From contig CABUKD010000001.1 of NCBI GenBank assembly GCA_902492105.1, positions 6,987 through 70,986 of the forward strand: a stretch of 64,000 nt of DNA. The letters run 5' to 3'. A program made the position numbers and the translations under genes. Positions 9,816-18,241 of this stretch are shown here, piece after piece. The notes below the pieces were generated by a model. The model was not told the DNA's origin, made no database searches, and saw only the letters and a list, made by a program, of their open reading frames with translations. Each line of letters begins with the position of its first letter. Within the stretch, counting starts at the first letter, position 1. The stretch comes from an uncultured Clostridium sp. GTDB taxonomy: Bacteria; Bacillota; Clostridia; TANB77; CAG-508.

Positions 9816-11986
9816 TTATCATTTTCCATATCTTCTGTATATTCTGTATTACATAAATATAATGAATCATTCTTATCGTAATCTCTAACAAATCCCCAAT
9901 TTACATTATACTTTTTAGCATATTCTTTTAATGCTTCAAACTTATTTTCTACTTTTATATCAATATTTTTTGATTCACCTTCAGCATTTTCTCCGCCTTT
10001 TGTTTCAATAATCCAAATTTTATTATCTTTATCGCAAACTATGAAATCAGGGTAGAAGTGCCACTTATGATTTACTGCATCTACATAAACTATGGAAAAA
10101 TAGTCACTAGATTTTTCTCCATTTTTATAAAACCACTTAATACTTTCGTTATTTTCACAAAAATATTCAAACATTCTTTCAGATTTTGATTTTATTGTGC
10201 TATTAGGATAATTTAAATATATTGATTTTTCATAAATAGTAGTATCTCTCATTTTAGGATCATATTTGATATAATCCATTTCTGGAAAATGCCAATCAAT
10301 CTCTTTTAATTCTTCAAATTTCATTTTTATTTGTCTTGCTTTTTGAGATACTGCTTCTTGAAAATCATGTTTTAATATATCTTCATTATTTATCACAAAA
10401 GCATAAAACTCAGTTAAAGTTAAATCTACAAATTTTTTAGTAAATAATTTTTGTTTCCAAAACATTCTTTCTAGCATTAATCTAGTTCTATCATAACGCA
10501 TACCAATTTTAGATGCTATTTCATTTATAGAATGTCTTAATTCAAAACCATTTTTATTTGTAGTTACAGTAGATTGTACTTTAATTCTATTAGCATTTTC
10601 TAGTTCATTGCTATTAATCCTAACAATTTTATCTTGAACTATGTAATTATCAATAGTATCTTTAAAAACATATCCATTAGCTTCTAAAATTGTTTTATTA
10701 TCTTTCTTTTTAGAAGTTAGTTTATATTTATCTATGTAAAATTTATGTAATATATTGAAAGTTTCTCTTTCATCAAATCCATCAAAATTATTATCAAAAG
10801 TTAATTTCTTTAAAGTAAAGTTTTTATATTCATTTTTTAAAAATATAACTTTTGTATCATAAGCGTTATTACCTAATTCTTGTTTAACAGATTGTTCATA
10901 TTTTTCATCAAAAGTATATAAATAACAATTATCAAGTAAAACATTATCATAGTGATGTCCTTGTGGCATTCTTCTAATTCTACCAATAGTTTGAGTTTCA
11001 AAATCTTCATTCATATTATCACGAAGTTTTACAAGTATTTTAGCACGTGGACAATCCCAACCAGTAGATATTGCTTGTTTCATAATAAGTATTGCTTGAT
11101 TTGATTCATTATCTTCAATATTATCTATATTTTCTTTTCTATCAGCAAGCCATATAGCAAGATTTTGTTTTATATAGTCATATCCTTTTTCTTCAAGAAT
11201 TTTTTCTATCATTTTTATCAAATCATCAGATTTGCTTGGTACTTGAATAATAATTAAAGGATTTACCTGAACACCTAATTTTAAATATTCATTTTTAATT
11301 GCTTTTCTTTTTTCTATTGCAAGGTCAAGCAAATATTCATGTTCATTGGAAAGAGCAGTATCATTTGATACATTTTCATTAATATAAAGTGCTCTTGTAA
11401 TTAAACCAGAATTTATAACTTCTAATTCATCGATAGCAATAAATTCTGCTTCTTTATTTGTTTTAGTAGTAGCACTAACTCTAATAATATAATTAGGATT
11501 CATATATTCAATAATACTTTCAGCTTTAACAGTTTTATTTAAATGTTCTTCATCAACGATTACAATAAATTTGTATCCTGAGTTATGTGCTTCATGTATT
11601 CTTTCATATAGATTTTTTCTTTCAGCATCTTTTAAAGCATTGTTGCCTTTTTTAGTAATCGTTTCCCAGTTAATAAATGCAGTAGATTTTTCTTCAAAAC
11701 CTTGAAGTAATACATCTTGAATATTTTGTGTTTTATGATGAGGTAAAAACTTTAACATTTTCTTTCTACTTTGTTCTTCTAAATCTCCTTTACCAGGAGT
11801 AAGCCATACAAATAAAACATTTTTATTTTCTTTAAAATATTCTTCAATATATGAAAGTAATATAATTGTTTTACCAGATCCAGTAGGTGCTTGTACTAAT
11901 ATTTCTTTTTTAGTACCAATACTTGTAGCATCTAATAATTTATTTACTGTATCAAGTTGAAATTTTTTTAATTTAATTCCTTGCAT
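9788..11986 (-). CDS. res: Type III restriction enzyme Res subunit (SF2 helicase plus C-terminal PD-(D/E)xK nuclease).
   Basis: Walker A VQAPTGSGKT, DEEH box (IVIVDEEH), and a C-terminal FYPDFIV...IIETKG PD-ExK-like motif. Lies immediately downstream of mod. At 732 aa it is shorter than many Res proteins. Confidence 0.8.
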   Translation of the reverse strand: MQGIKLKKFQLDTVNKLLDATSIGTKKEILVQAPTGSGKTIILLSYIEEYFKENKNVLFVWLTPGKGDLEEQSRKKMLKFLPHHKTQNIQDVLLQGFEEKSTAFINWETITKKGNNALKDAERKNLYERIHEAHNSGYKFIVIVDEEHLNKTVKAESIIEYMNPNYIIRVSATTKTNKEAEFIAIDELEVINSGLITRALYINENVSNDTALSNEHEYLLDLAIEKRKAIKNEYLKLGVQVNPLIIIQVPSKSDDLIKMIEKILEEKGYDYIKQNLAIWLADRKENIDNIEDNESNQAILIMKQAISTGWDCPRAKILVKLRDNMNEDFETQTIGRIRRMPQGHHYDNVLLDNCYLYTFDEKYEQSVKQELGNNAYDTKVIFLKNEYKNFTLKKLTFDNNFDGFDERETFNILHKFYIDKYKLTSKKKDNKTILEANGYVFKDTIDNYIVQDKIVRINSNELENANRIKVQSTVTTNKNGFELRHSINEIASKIGMRYDRTRLMLERMFWKQKLFTKKFVDLTLTEFYAFVINNEDILKHDFQEAVSQKARQIKMKFEELKEIDWHFPEMDYIKYDPKMRDTTIYEKSIYLNYPNSTIKSKSERMFEYFCENNESIKWFYKNGEKSSDYFSIVYVDAVNHKWHFYPDFIVCDKDNKIWIIETKGGENAEGESKNIDIKVENKFEALKEYAKKYNVNWGFVRDYDKNDSLYLCNTEYTEDMENDNWILLKKIF

Positions 11987-13741
11987 TTACATTACCTCCA
12001 TAATTTCATCTTCAAAATAATATTCTGGTATGATATATACTTCAATATTATTATTTTTAAATATAGATTCTTGCGTTGATGTTAAGAGTATATCTGAAGA
12101 TATATATACTTTTTCGCAGACATCTAATTCACTTTGATTTTTACTAAATTTATCTAATTCATCTTCGTCTAAATAAACTCTAATTTTATTGTCATCTATT
12201 TCAATACCGTTTTCTAATTGAATAAGATTTTTAATATTAATTAGTAAATTATTGTGAAGATTTTCATCTTCAGTATTAATTCTTGGTATATATGTGCATT
12301 TATAATATTTTAAATTTGCTTCTAATGGATTATATTTTCCATAACCTTCAATCACGTTTTTTATTCTCTTGTAAGTTATATTTTCACAAATTTGATTTTC
12401 ATTATTAGTACATAGAATAAAATGCCTTTGTCCGTTATCCTCGCTATTTAGTTCTAATACTGCTTGAGCAGTACTACCAGAACCTGCAAAAAAATCTAAA
12501 ATAGTAGCGTCTTTTTTTGTATGATAATTTATAAGTTCTTTCAGCATCTTGGCTGGCTTTTTTCCACTATTAAAAGGTATATTTCCTTCGTGGCGAATAT
12601 TACCAAAATCAGCTGCAAAATTCATTAAATTAGAAATAGGTACTTCCCTAAAAGAGCCATGTTGAGAGTTTATTTCTTCAACTCTAGATAATGGCATTCC
12701 AGAGTACATTTTGCACCTAGTAGAGCCTTTTTTTGCAGGTCCAACATAATATCTGTATCCTAATCCATCATCACCACGACCAATCACTTTATATAAGCAT
12801 CCTAGACCATCTATATTATATCTTGGTTCTATATATTTTCTAACGACTTGACCATATGACATTTTAGAATAAATTGTTCCTGAAACCCAAGTTTCTTTAA
12901 GTAAGTTAATATTTGATTGTTCTTTTTTTTCTATTATCCATTCGTTAGGCTTAAACACTTTAATTTCAGTATTATCTTTATGTTTAATGGTAGTTCCACT
13001 CGAAATTTCTTTAATTTCATAAATAAAACTAGCATCAGTATATTCTTCTTTTGGTAAATTTATTTTAAACTGACTGTAATCTTTAGCGTAGACTAATACA
13101 TATTCCATTACTGGTTTAACTGATTTTCCATCAGCTAAAGACTTTTCTGCATATCTAACTTGAATATGATGAATGGATATCCTATTAGTTTCATTAAAAA
13201 TATCATCACAAAGTAGTTTTAACTGTGCTATTTCATTATCATCTATCGAAATAAAAATTATACCTTTATCATTAAGTAATTCTTTTGCTATTCTTAGTCT
13301 TTTTTCCATAAAAGATAACCATTTAGAATGTTTGTATCCATCTTCATTATCAATAATTTTATCATTATAAATAAAATCATCGCTACCTGTATTATATGGA
13401 GGATCAATATAGATTACATCGATTAATCCTTTATGAGTTTTTTCTAATAGATATAAACTATGAAGATTATCTCCCTCTAATAAAAAATTAAACTTATCTT
13501 TTGGATTAGATACTATTTCTTTATCTTTTACTTCTTCAAAAGTAGGTATCTGAGTTTCTAACTCTTTATCAACTCTTTCTTCGTGTTCTTCCCATATAAG
13601 TCCATATTTCTTTTTAGTCAATTCATTTTCTATCATTGATAAATTAGTTAATGTTTCTTCATCAGTAATATTTTTTTTAATTTCGTTAATTGTATTTAAC
13701 ATTTTATTTCTTCTAATTTTTGATAGATTAGTAGTTTCCAT
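11987..13741 (-). CDS. mod: Type III R-M Mod subunit (beta-class N6-adenine/N4-cytosine DNA methyltransferase).
   Basis: IYIDPPYNTG (motif IV, DPPY) lies N-terminal to FFAGSGSTAQAV (motif I). That beta-class order is typical of Mod. Its stop abuts the res start. Confidence 0.85.
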   Translation of the reverse strand: METTNLSKIRRNKMLNTINEIKKNITDEETLTNLSMIENELTKKKYGLIWEEHEERVDKELETQIPTFEEVKDKEIVSNPKDKFNFLLEGDNLHSLYLLEKTHKGLIDVIYIDPPYNTGSDDFIYNDKIIDNEDGYKHSKWLSFMEKRLRIAKELLNDKGIIFISIDDNEIAQLKLLCDDIFNETNRISIHHIQVRYAEKSLADGKSVKPVMEYVLVYAKDYSQFKINLPKEEYTDASFIYEIKEISSGTTIKHKDNTEIKVFKPNEWIIEKKEQSNINLLKETWVSGTIYSKMSYGQVVRKYIEPRYNIDGLGCLYKVIGRGDDGLGYRYYVGPAKKGSTRCKMYSGMPLSRVEEINSQHGSFREVPISNLMNFAADFGNIRHEGNIPFNSGKKPAKMLKELINYHTKKDATILDFFAGSGSTAQAVLELNSEDNGQRHFILCTNNENQICENITYKRIKNVIEGYGKYNPLEANLKYYKCTYIPRINTEDENLHNNLLINIKNLIQLENGIEIDDNKIRVYLDEDELDKFSKNQSELDVCEKVYISSDILLTSTQESIFKNNNIEVYIIPEYYFEDEIMEVM

Positions 13742-13897
13742 TATTACAACTCCTTACGTTAAAACCATTTAATTATCTTAATTTTGATGTGCGTTTTTTT
13801 CTGTTAATATTATACTATATATTGCTTATATTTTCCATACTTCGACTAAAATTGCTAAAGAAAAAATCGGATATTTCTATCCAATTTTTTAAAAATA

Positions 13898-14224
13898 TTA
13901 TTCGATGTTTAAATTGAATTTTATATCGTCACATATATCATTCAACCAAGTTAAATAATGATTTAAATCATGTTCTTTAATATAACCATATCTATGTGCA
14001 TCCCTAGCAATAGTATTAAGTCCATTTCCAATCATTTTGAATTCATCACGATGTTTTTCTAGTATACTCATATCAGCTTTGATAGGAGTATATTCTTTAA
14101 TCAATTTTCTAATATAATCTGACTTACTTAAATTCAATTTTTTACATTTTTCTTCTAAAATTTTATTTTCTTCTTCAGATAAATACAATGTTTTTTCAAT
14201 CTTTCTTTTTCTCATCTTTTCCAC
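13898..14224 (-). CDS. MobC-family mobilisation (relaxosome accessory) protein with ribbon-helix-helix region.
   Basis: 108 aa. LSKSDYIRKLI RHH-like segment and the conserved GNGLNTIARDAH motif (MobC GNNLNQIAR consensus). Confidence 0.6.
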   Translation of the reverse strand: MEKMRKRKIEKTLYLSEEENKILEEKCKKLNLSKSDYIRKLIKEYTPIKADMSILEKHRDEFKMIGNGLNTIARDAHRYGYIKEHDLNHYLTWLNDICDDIKFNLNIE

Positions 14225-14331
14225 CTCCTTTCTTATGTAAGGGGATTGGGGATTTCCCCATATACGAATTTGTGCGAGTGTACAAATTCAGTGCTGGCTA
14301 GACAAAAAATTATATCTAGTACATACACTTT

Positions 14332-14691
14332 TTAAATAAATATTAATTCTTTTAAGATTATTTCTTCAGCCATATTTTTGTAATTGTTCATAAGTTTTGA
14401 CCATTCTATATGATTAATTTCTTTATTTTTTTCAGATAGTTTTTCATCTGAATTTTTGTAATTTTTCATTAATATTTGTAATCTATCTTCACTATTTTTA
14501 CTAACTGAAATAAGATGATTAGTAAGTTCATTAGTCATTAAAAGTGTAGTGTAAAGAGCTTTCTTATTTTCCTTTAAATAGTGTAATCTTAAATATCCAT
14601 ATTTGTTTATTCCTTTAGTATTTTGATTTTTTATAGTTAAATTTGGTAATAAATAATTTCCATTTCGTGTATAAATTAATTTCATTTTCAT
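14332..14691 (-). CDS. tnpV: TnpV-like protein (Tn4451/Tn4453 family transposon accessory protein).
   Basis: 119 aa. The MKxKxxYTxxGxYxLPNLT ... YGxxRLxYLKE ... LMNNxK ... EEIIL pattern matches Clostridial TnpV as remembered. It sits directly downstream of the large serine recombinase, as in Tn4451. Confidence 0.55.
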   Translation of the reverse strand: MKMKLIYTRNGNYLLPNLTIKNQNTKGINKYGYLRLHYLKENKKALYTTLLMTNELTNHLISVSKNSEDRLQILMKNYKNSDEKLSEKNKEINHIEWSKLMNNYKNMAEEIILKELIFI

Positions 14692-14707
14692 CTCTCCATT
14701 TCTTTAT

Positions 14708-16498
14708 TTAATTAGTGACTGCAATATCTTTTTTAGGTACTAATATTAAAATATCTTTTAGTTTGTTTTCTTCAACATAAGGACAGCTAATAATGCCATC
14801 AATATATAAATGTTCTCTTGATTTTGATATAAAATATTCTAAAAATTCATTTGAATATTTATTTGATTTCATTTTTTTAATAGATAAAATATCATAATCT
14901 ACTTCTATATTTTTTAATTTTTCTTTGTTAATTTCTTTATAAAATTTGATACCAATATTGTTGTTTTCCATAATTTTATTAAGATATTTTATATATTCTT
15001 TACTGCTTTTTGTTATTAGTTCATCTGTAAATTTTATATTTTTAACATCAATGTTATAGTTTTTATCTCTTGTTATTTCTATTTGAGATATAAGTCTATG
15101 AATTAAATCTCTTTTAGCTTTTCTTGTTAGTAAATCATAAAGAAAAGTAAATCCTATATTTTTAATATTTGTAAAAATTAATTTGTCGTTTTCTTCAATA
15201 CAGTCTAATTTTTTAACAAGTTCTATTGTATATTCTTTTGAAGAATTATCTGGATCAAGAGTTGTTTTCTTTTTATTTAATTTATCTATTTCTTTCTTTA
15301 TTACTTCATTTTTGTGATTAATTGTTTCTACATTCAAAGTAGAGCTTAAATATAAATCAACTAATCTTTTTTCCTGCATTTTTAATTTTTCAATAGCTTT
15401 TTCTATTTCTTTTACATCATTACTTTTAGTAGAATTACAAGTAATAATTTCATTATTCATAGAAAGCATAAATATTGTTAACTCTTCTAATATTTGTTTT
15501 AATTTTTCTTCTATCTTTTCTGTATTATAATGATATCCATAACCTTTACAATTAGTGTTTTTACATCTTAAGTGGTAATATACTTTTTGCTTTCCATTAG
15601 GATATTTAAATGATTCTGATGAACTCATAATTTCTCCACATAAAGGGCATTTAACTAATCCTGAAAATAAATGAATGTGCTCACCATAATTAGAATGTTT
15701 ATTTTTAACTAATACATTTCTAGTTGCATTCCAAGTATTTATATCAATAATTGGTTCACAATAATTTTCGACTCTTAAAATATCTTGAGGTTTTCTTTTA
15801 TACTTTCCATATTCAAATATTCCAATATAAATTGAATTAGTAAGTATTTTATAAACTCTATCTGATAACCATTTTCCTTGTTTTAAGTAAGCGTTATTAT
15901 CGTGCATAATAGTTGCTATATTTCTTGTGGAGTGTCCTTTTTTGCATAGTTCAAATATTTCTTTTACTACTTGTGATTCAATAGGTTCTATTTCTAAATG
16001 ACCAGTATTTTTATTTCTAACATAGCCATAAGGTGCTTTACTAGGGTGTATTTTTTCTAAAGCCATTTCTTCCATAGCTCTTTTTGTTCTTGCTCCAATT
16101 TCTTTTCTTTCTCGTTGACCAAATACTAAGTTCATTCCAAATATCATTTCACCATTAGCAGTAGATACATCATAAGGTTCTAATATTAATTCTATTTTAA
16201 CATAGTGTTCTTCACAGTAATTTAAAAGCCAAAATCCATCATAATTATTTCTTGTAAGTCTATCTACTTTAATAGCAATTAATTTGTCAATCTTTTTAGA
16301 TTTTATATCAGCAAGTAATCTTTGCATTTCTGGTCTCATTAAATCTTTTCCAGAATGTCCTGCATCATTGTAAACATCAACGATACTATAATCATTCTTT
16401 TCACAATACTCTTTAATCATTCTAAGTTGTGAATCAATAGAATAACCATTATCTCTTTGATCATCTGTACTAACTCTTACATAAACACCACATCTCAT
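14708..16498 (-). CDS. tnpX: Large serine recombinase (TnpX-like). Probable true start MRCGVYVRVSTDDQ at 16496-16498, with AGGAGG RBS at 16505-16510. The ORF track extends to 16558.
   Basis: N-terminal resolvase catalytic domain (YVRVSTDDQ, DRLTRN) plus long recombinase/zinc-ribbon C-terminal extension. About 597 aa. Confidence 0.85.
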   Translation of the reverse strand: MRCGVYVRVSTDDQRDNGYSIDSQLRMIKEYCEKNDYSIVDVYNDAGHSGKDLMRPEMQRLLADIKSKKIDKLIAIKVDRLTRNNYDGFWLLNYCEEHYVKIELILEPYDVSTANGEMIFGMNLVFGQRERKEIGARTKRAMEEMALEKIHPSKAPYGYVRNKNTGHLEIEPIESQVVKEIFELCKKGHSTRNIATIMHDNNAYLKQGKWLSDRVYKILTNSIYIGIFEYGKYKRKPQDILRVENYCEPIIDINTWNATRNVLVKNKHSNYGEHIHLFSGLVKCPLCGEIMSSSESFKYPNGKQKVYYHLRCKNTNCKGYGYHYNTEKIEEKLKQILEELTIFMLSMNNEIITCNSTKSNDVKEIEKAIEKLKMQEKRLVDLYLSSTLNVETINHKNEVIKKEIDKLNKKKTTLDPDNSSKEYTIELVKKLDCIEENDKLIFTNIKNIGFTFLYDLLTRKAKRDLIHRLISQIEITRDKNYNIDVKNIKFTDELITKSSKEYIKYLNKIMENNNIGIKFYKEINKEKLKNIEVDYDILSIKKMKSNKYSNEFLEYFISKSREHLYIDGIISCPYVEENKLKDILILVPKKDIAVTN

Positions 16499-16532
16499 AA
16501 AATTCCTCCTTTCTTCATTTTTGAGAAGGATT

Positions 16533-16687
16533 AATATTCCTCTCACTTGTTTCCTCACTTAAGTTTAAAATAGCAACCTAGATTTTTAAAAAAATTAATC
16601 TTCTCATATGTTTCCTAACTAAAACTCAAAAAAGCAGACTGAATTTGAAAAAAATTAATCCTCTCATATGTTTCCTCGCTAAAAGGC
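16533..16687. repeat. Three ~32-bp direct repeats, consensus ATTAAT(C)YTCTCAYWTGTTTCCTMRCTWAA, in the recombinase 5' UTR/promoter region.
   Basis: Copies at about 16533-16562, 16594-16625 and 16656-16687, spaced ~60 bp apart. The first copy sits just upstream of the RBS. Confidence 0.6.
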
Positions 16688-16717
16688 ACTTTTACGAAGT
16701 GTATTTTCAAAAAAAAT

Positions 16718-17002
16718 TTAATATTTGTATTTTTTTATAATATTTTCTATTTCTTTTAAGTTATATTTTGCTTTATGTTCTTTAATGTAAAATGGTTTAT
16801 TACTGATTTCATTTACTTTGTACTCAAGAATAGTAAGAGTAATAGGATGCGTAATTAGATATTCAGTTGGTTCTATAATTTGTAAATTAGTATGTAGAAG
16901 AACTTTGATTTTTCCTTTTTTAGTTTTGTAAGTGTAGTTTTTAATAAGTTCTATTATTTTTGGATTAGGTTTAAGTTCTTCTAAGATTTTAAATTCAAGC
17001 AT
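16718..17002 (-). CDS. Hypothetical protein, 94 aa.
   Basis: ORF only. No motif recognised. Confidence 0.35.
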   Translation of the reverse strand: MLEFKILEELKPNPKIIELIKNYTYKTKKGKIKVLLHTNLQIIEPTEYLITHPITLTILEYKVNEISNKPFYIKEHKAKYNLKEIENIIKKYKY

Positions 17003-17093
17003 AAAAAATGTCCTCCTTCCTAGAAAGAGAACATTAAAGTTTTATATAAAATAAAAACTTACGAGCCATTATAGTCCGTAAGTTGTATTCAAA

Positions 17094-17167
<74 letters not shown>

Positions 17168-17311
17168 ATTATTATTTAGTTTGTTCATTCTTTTTGCATG
17201 AACAAATAATATTATAAATGGTATTTCGTATTTTGTCAATCATTTTTATGAATTTTTTTTCATTTCTTGCATATTTTTTTATAAAATAAAGAAAGGGTAA
17301 ATGTACAAAAT

Positions 17312-18122
17312 ATGAAATTTCTTATTGATTATTGTAAAGGGATTTTAATTGGTAGTGGTGCAATTTTGCCAGGTATTAGTAGTGGTGTTTTTTGTGTTAT
17401 TCTTGGTATTTATGAAAAATTAATTGATAGTGTTCTAAACTTATTTCATGACTTTAAGAAAAATGTTATTTTTCTTCTTCCTATTGGTCTTGGTGGAATT
17501 ACAGGAGTGTTATTAGTAGGTAAATTGCTTAATTTTCTCTTTAATGAATACCCTATGCCAACTAAGTTTTGCTTTATCGGTCTTATTTTAGGTAGTATTC
17601 CTGTATTATTCAAGCAAGCAAATCAGAAAAACGGTTTTCGACTTTCCCATCTCATTTTTCTAGTAATTGCTTTTTTTATTGGTTTTCTTTCTGTTAAATT
17701 AGAGACTATATTGCCAAATCTCATTAACTTAGATTTAGGAGAAAACAACTTTTTCTATTTTATACTTTCTGGATTTCTTATGGCCATTGGTATTGTAGTT
17801 CCTGGCGTAAGTAGTAGTGTTATTTTAATGTGTTTACGGTGTTTATAACCTTTATTTAGGTGCTATTGCTAGCGTAAATTTATCTATACTAATTCCTATG
17901 GCAATTGGAGTTTTACTTGGAAGTCTCTTATTTTTAAAAATAATTCAATTTTTGTTAAACCATTATTATACACAAACTTTTTATGCCATTATTGGATTTG
18001 TATTAGGCTCTGTTCTTATTTTATATCCTGGCTTTAACTTTAGTTTAGAAGGTTTTATCTCTATTGGATTATTTATTTTAGGTTTTTATATTGGTTTAAA
18101 GTTTGAAAAAGTCAGCCAGTAG
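17312..18122 (+). CDS. DUF368-family membrane protein, split by a frameshift near 17828-17848.
   Basis: Duplicated ILPGISSGV / VVPGVSSSVIL half-repeats typical of DUF368. The ORF stops at 17848 but continues in the +1 frame (GVYNLYLGAIASVNL...) into the 17898 ORF. Confidence 0.7.
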
Positions 18123-18240
18123 GGACGGTCCTTTTTGACTGAAAATCGACCAACAGGGACACTCTTTTCTCTTTTTTAAATAAGTTAAAAAAGAACTGTC
18201 CCAAGTGGCCCCATTAGGGGCTACTCGGAACCGTCCCCAA
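18119..18240. repeat. GC-rich palindromic repeat element (~120 bp) with terminal inverted repeats AGGGACGGTCC / GGAACCGTCCC and nested inner IR. Its left ~55 nt are a homologue of the element at 47019-47080.
   Basis: The termini are inverted copies of each other. The TAG stop of the DUF368 gene lies inside the CAGTAGGGACGG end. Its base composition stands out from the AT-rich background. Confidence 0.65.
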
Positions 18241-18241
18241 C

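Noticed and set aside
17200-17310. T8 homopolymer and AT-rich region upstream of the DUF368 gene, considered as a phase-variable tract.
   Set aside because: The homopolymer is short, lies outside the coding sequence, and such runs are common in an AT-rich genome.
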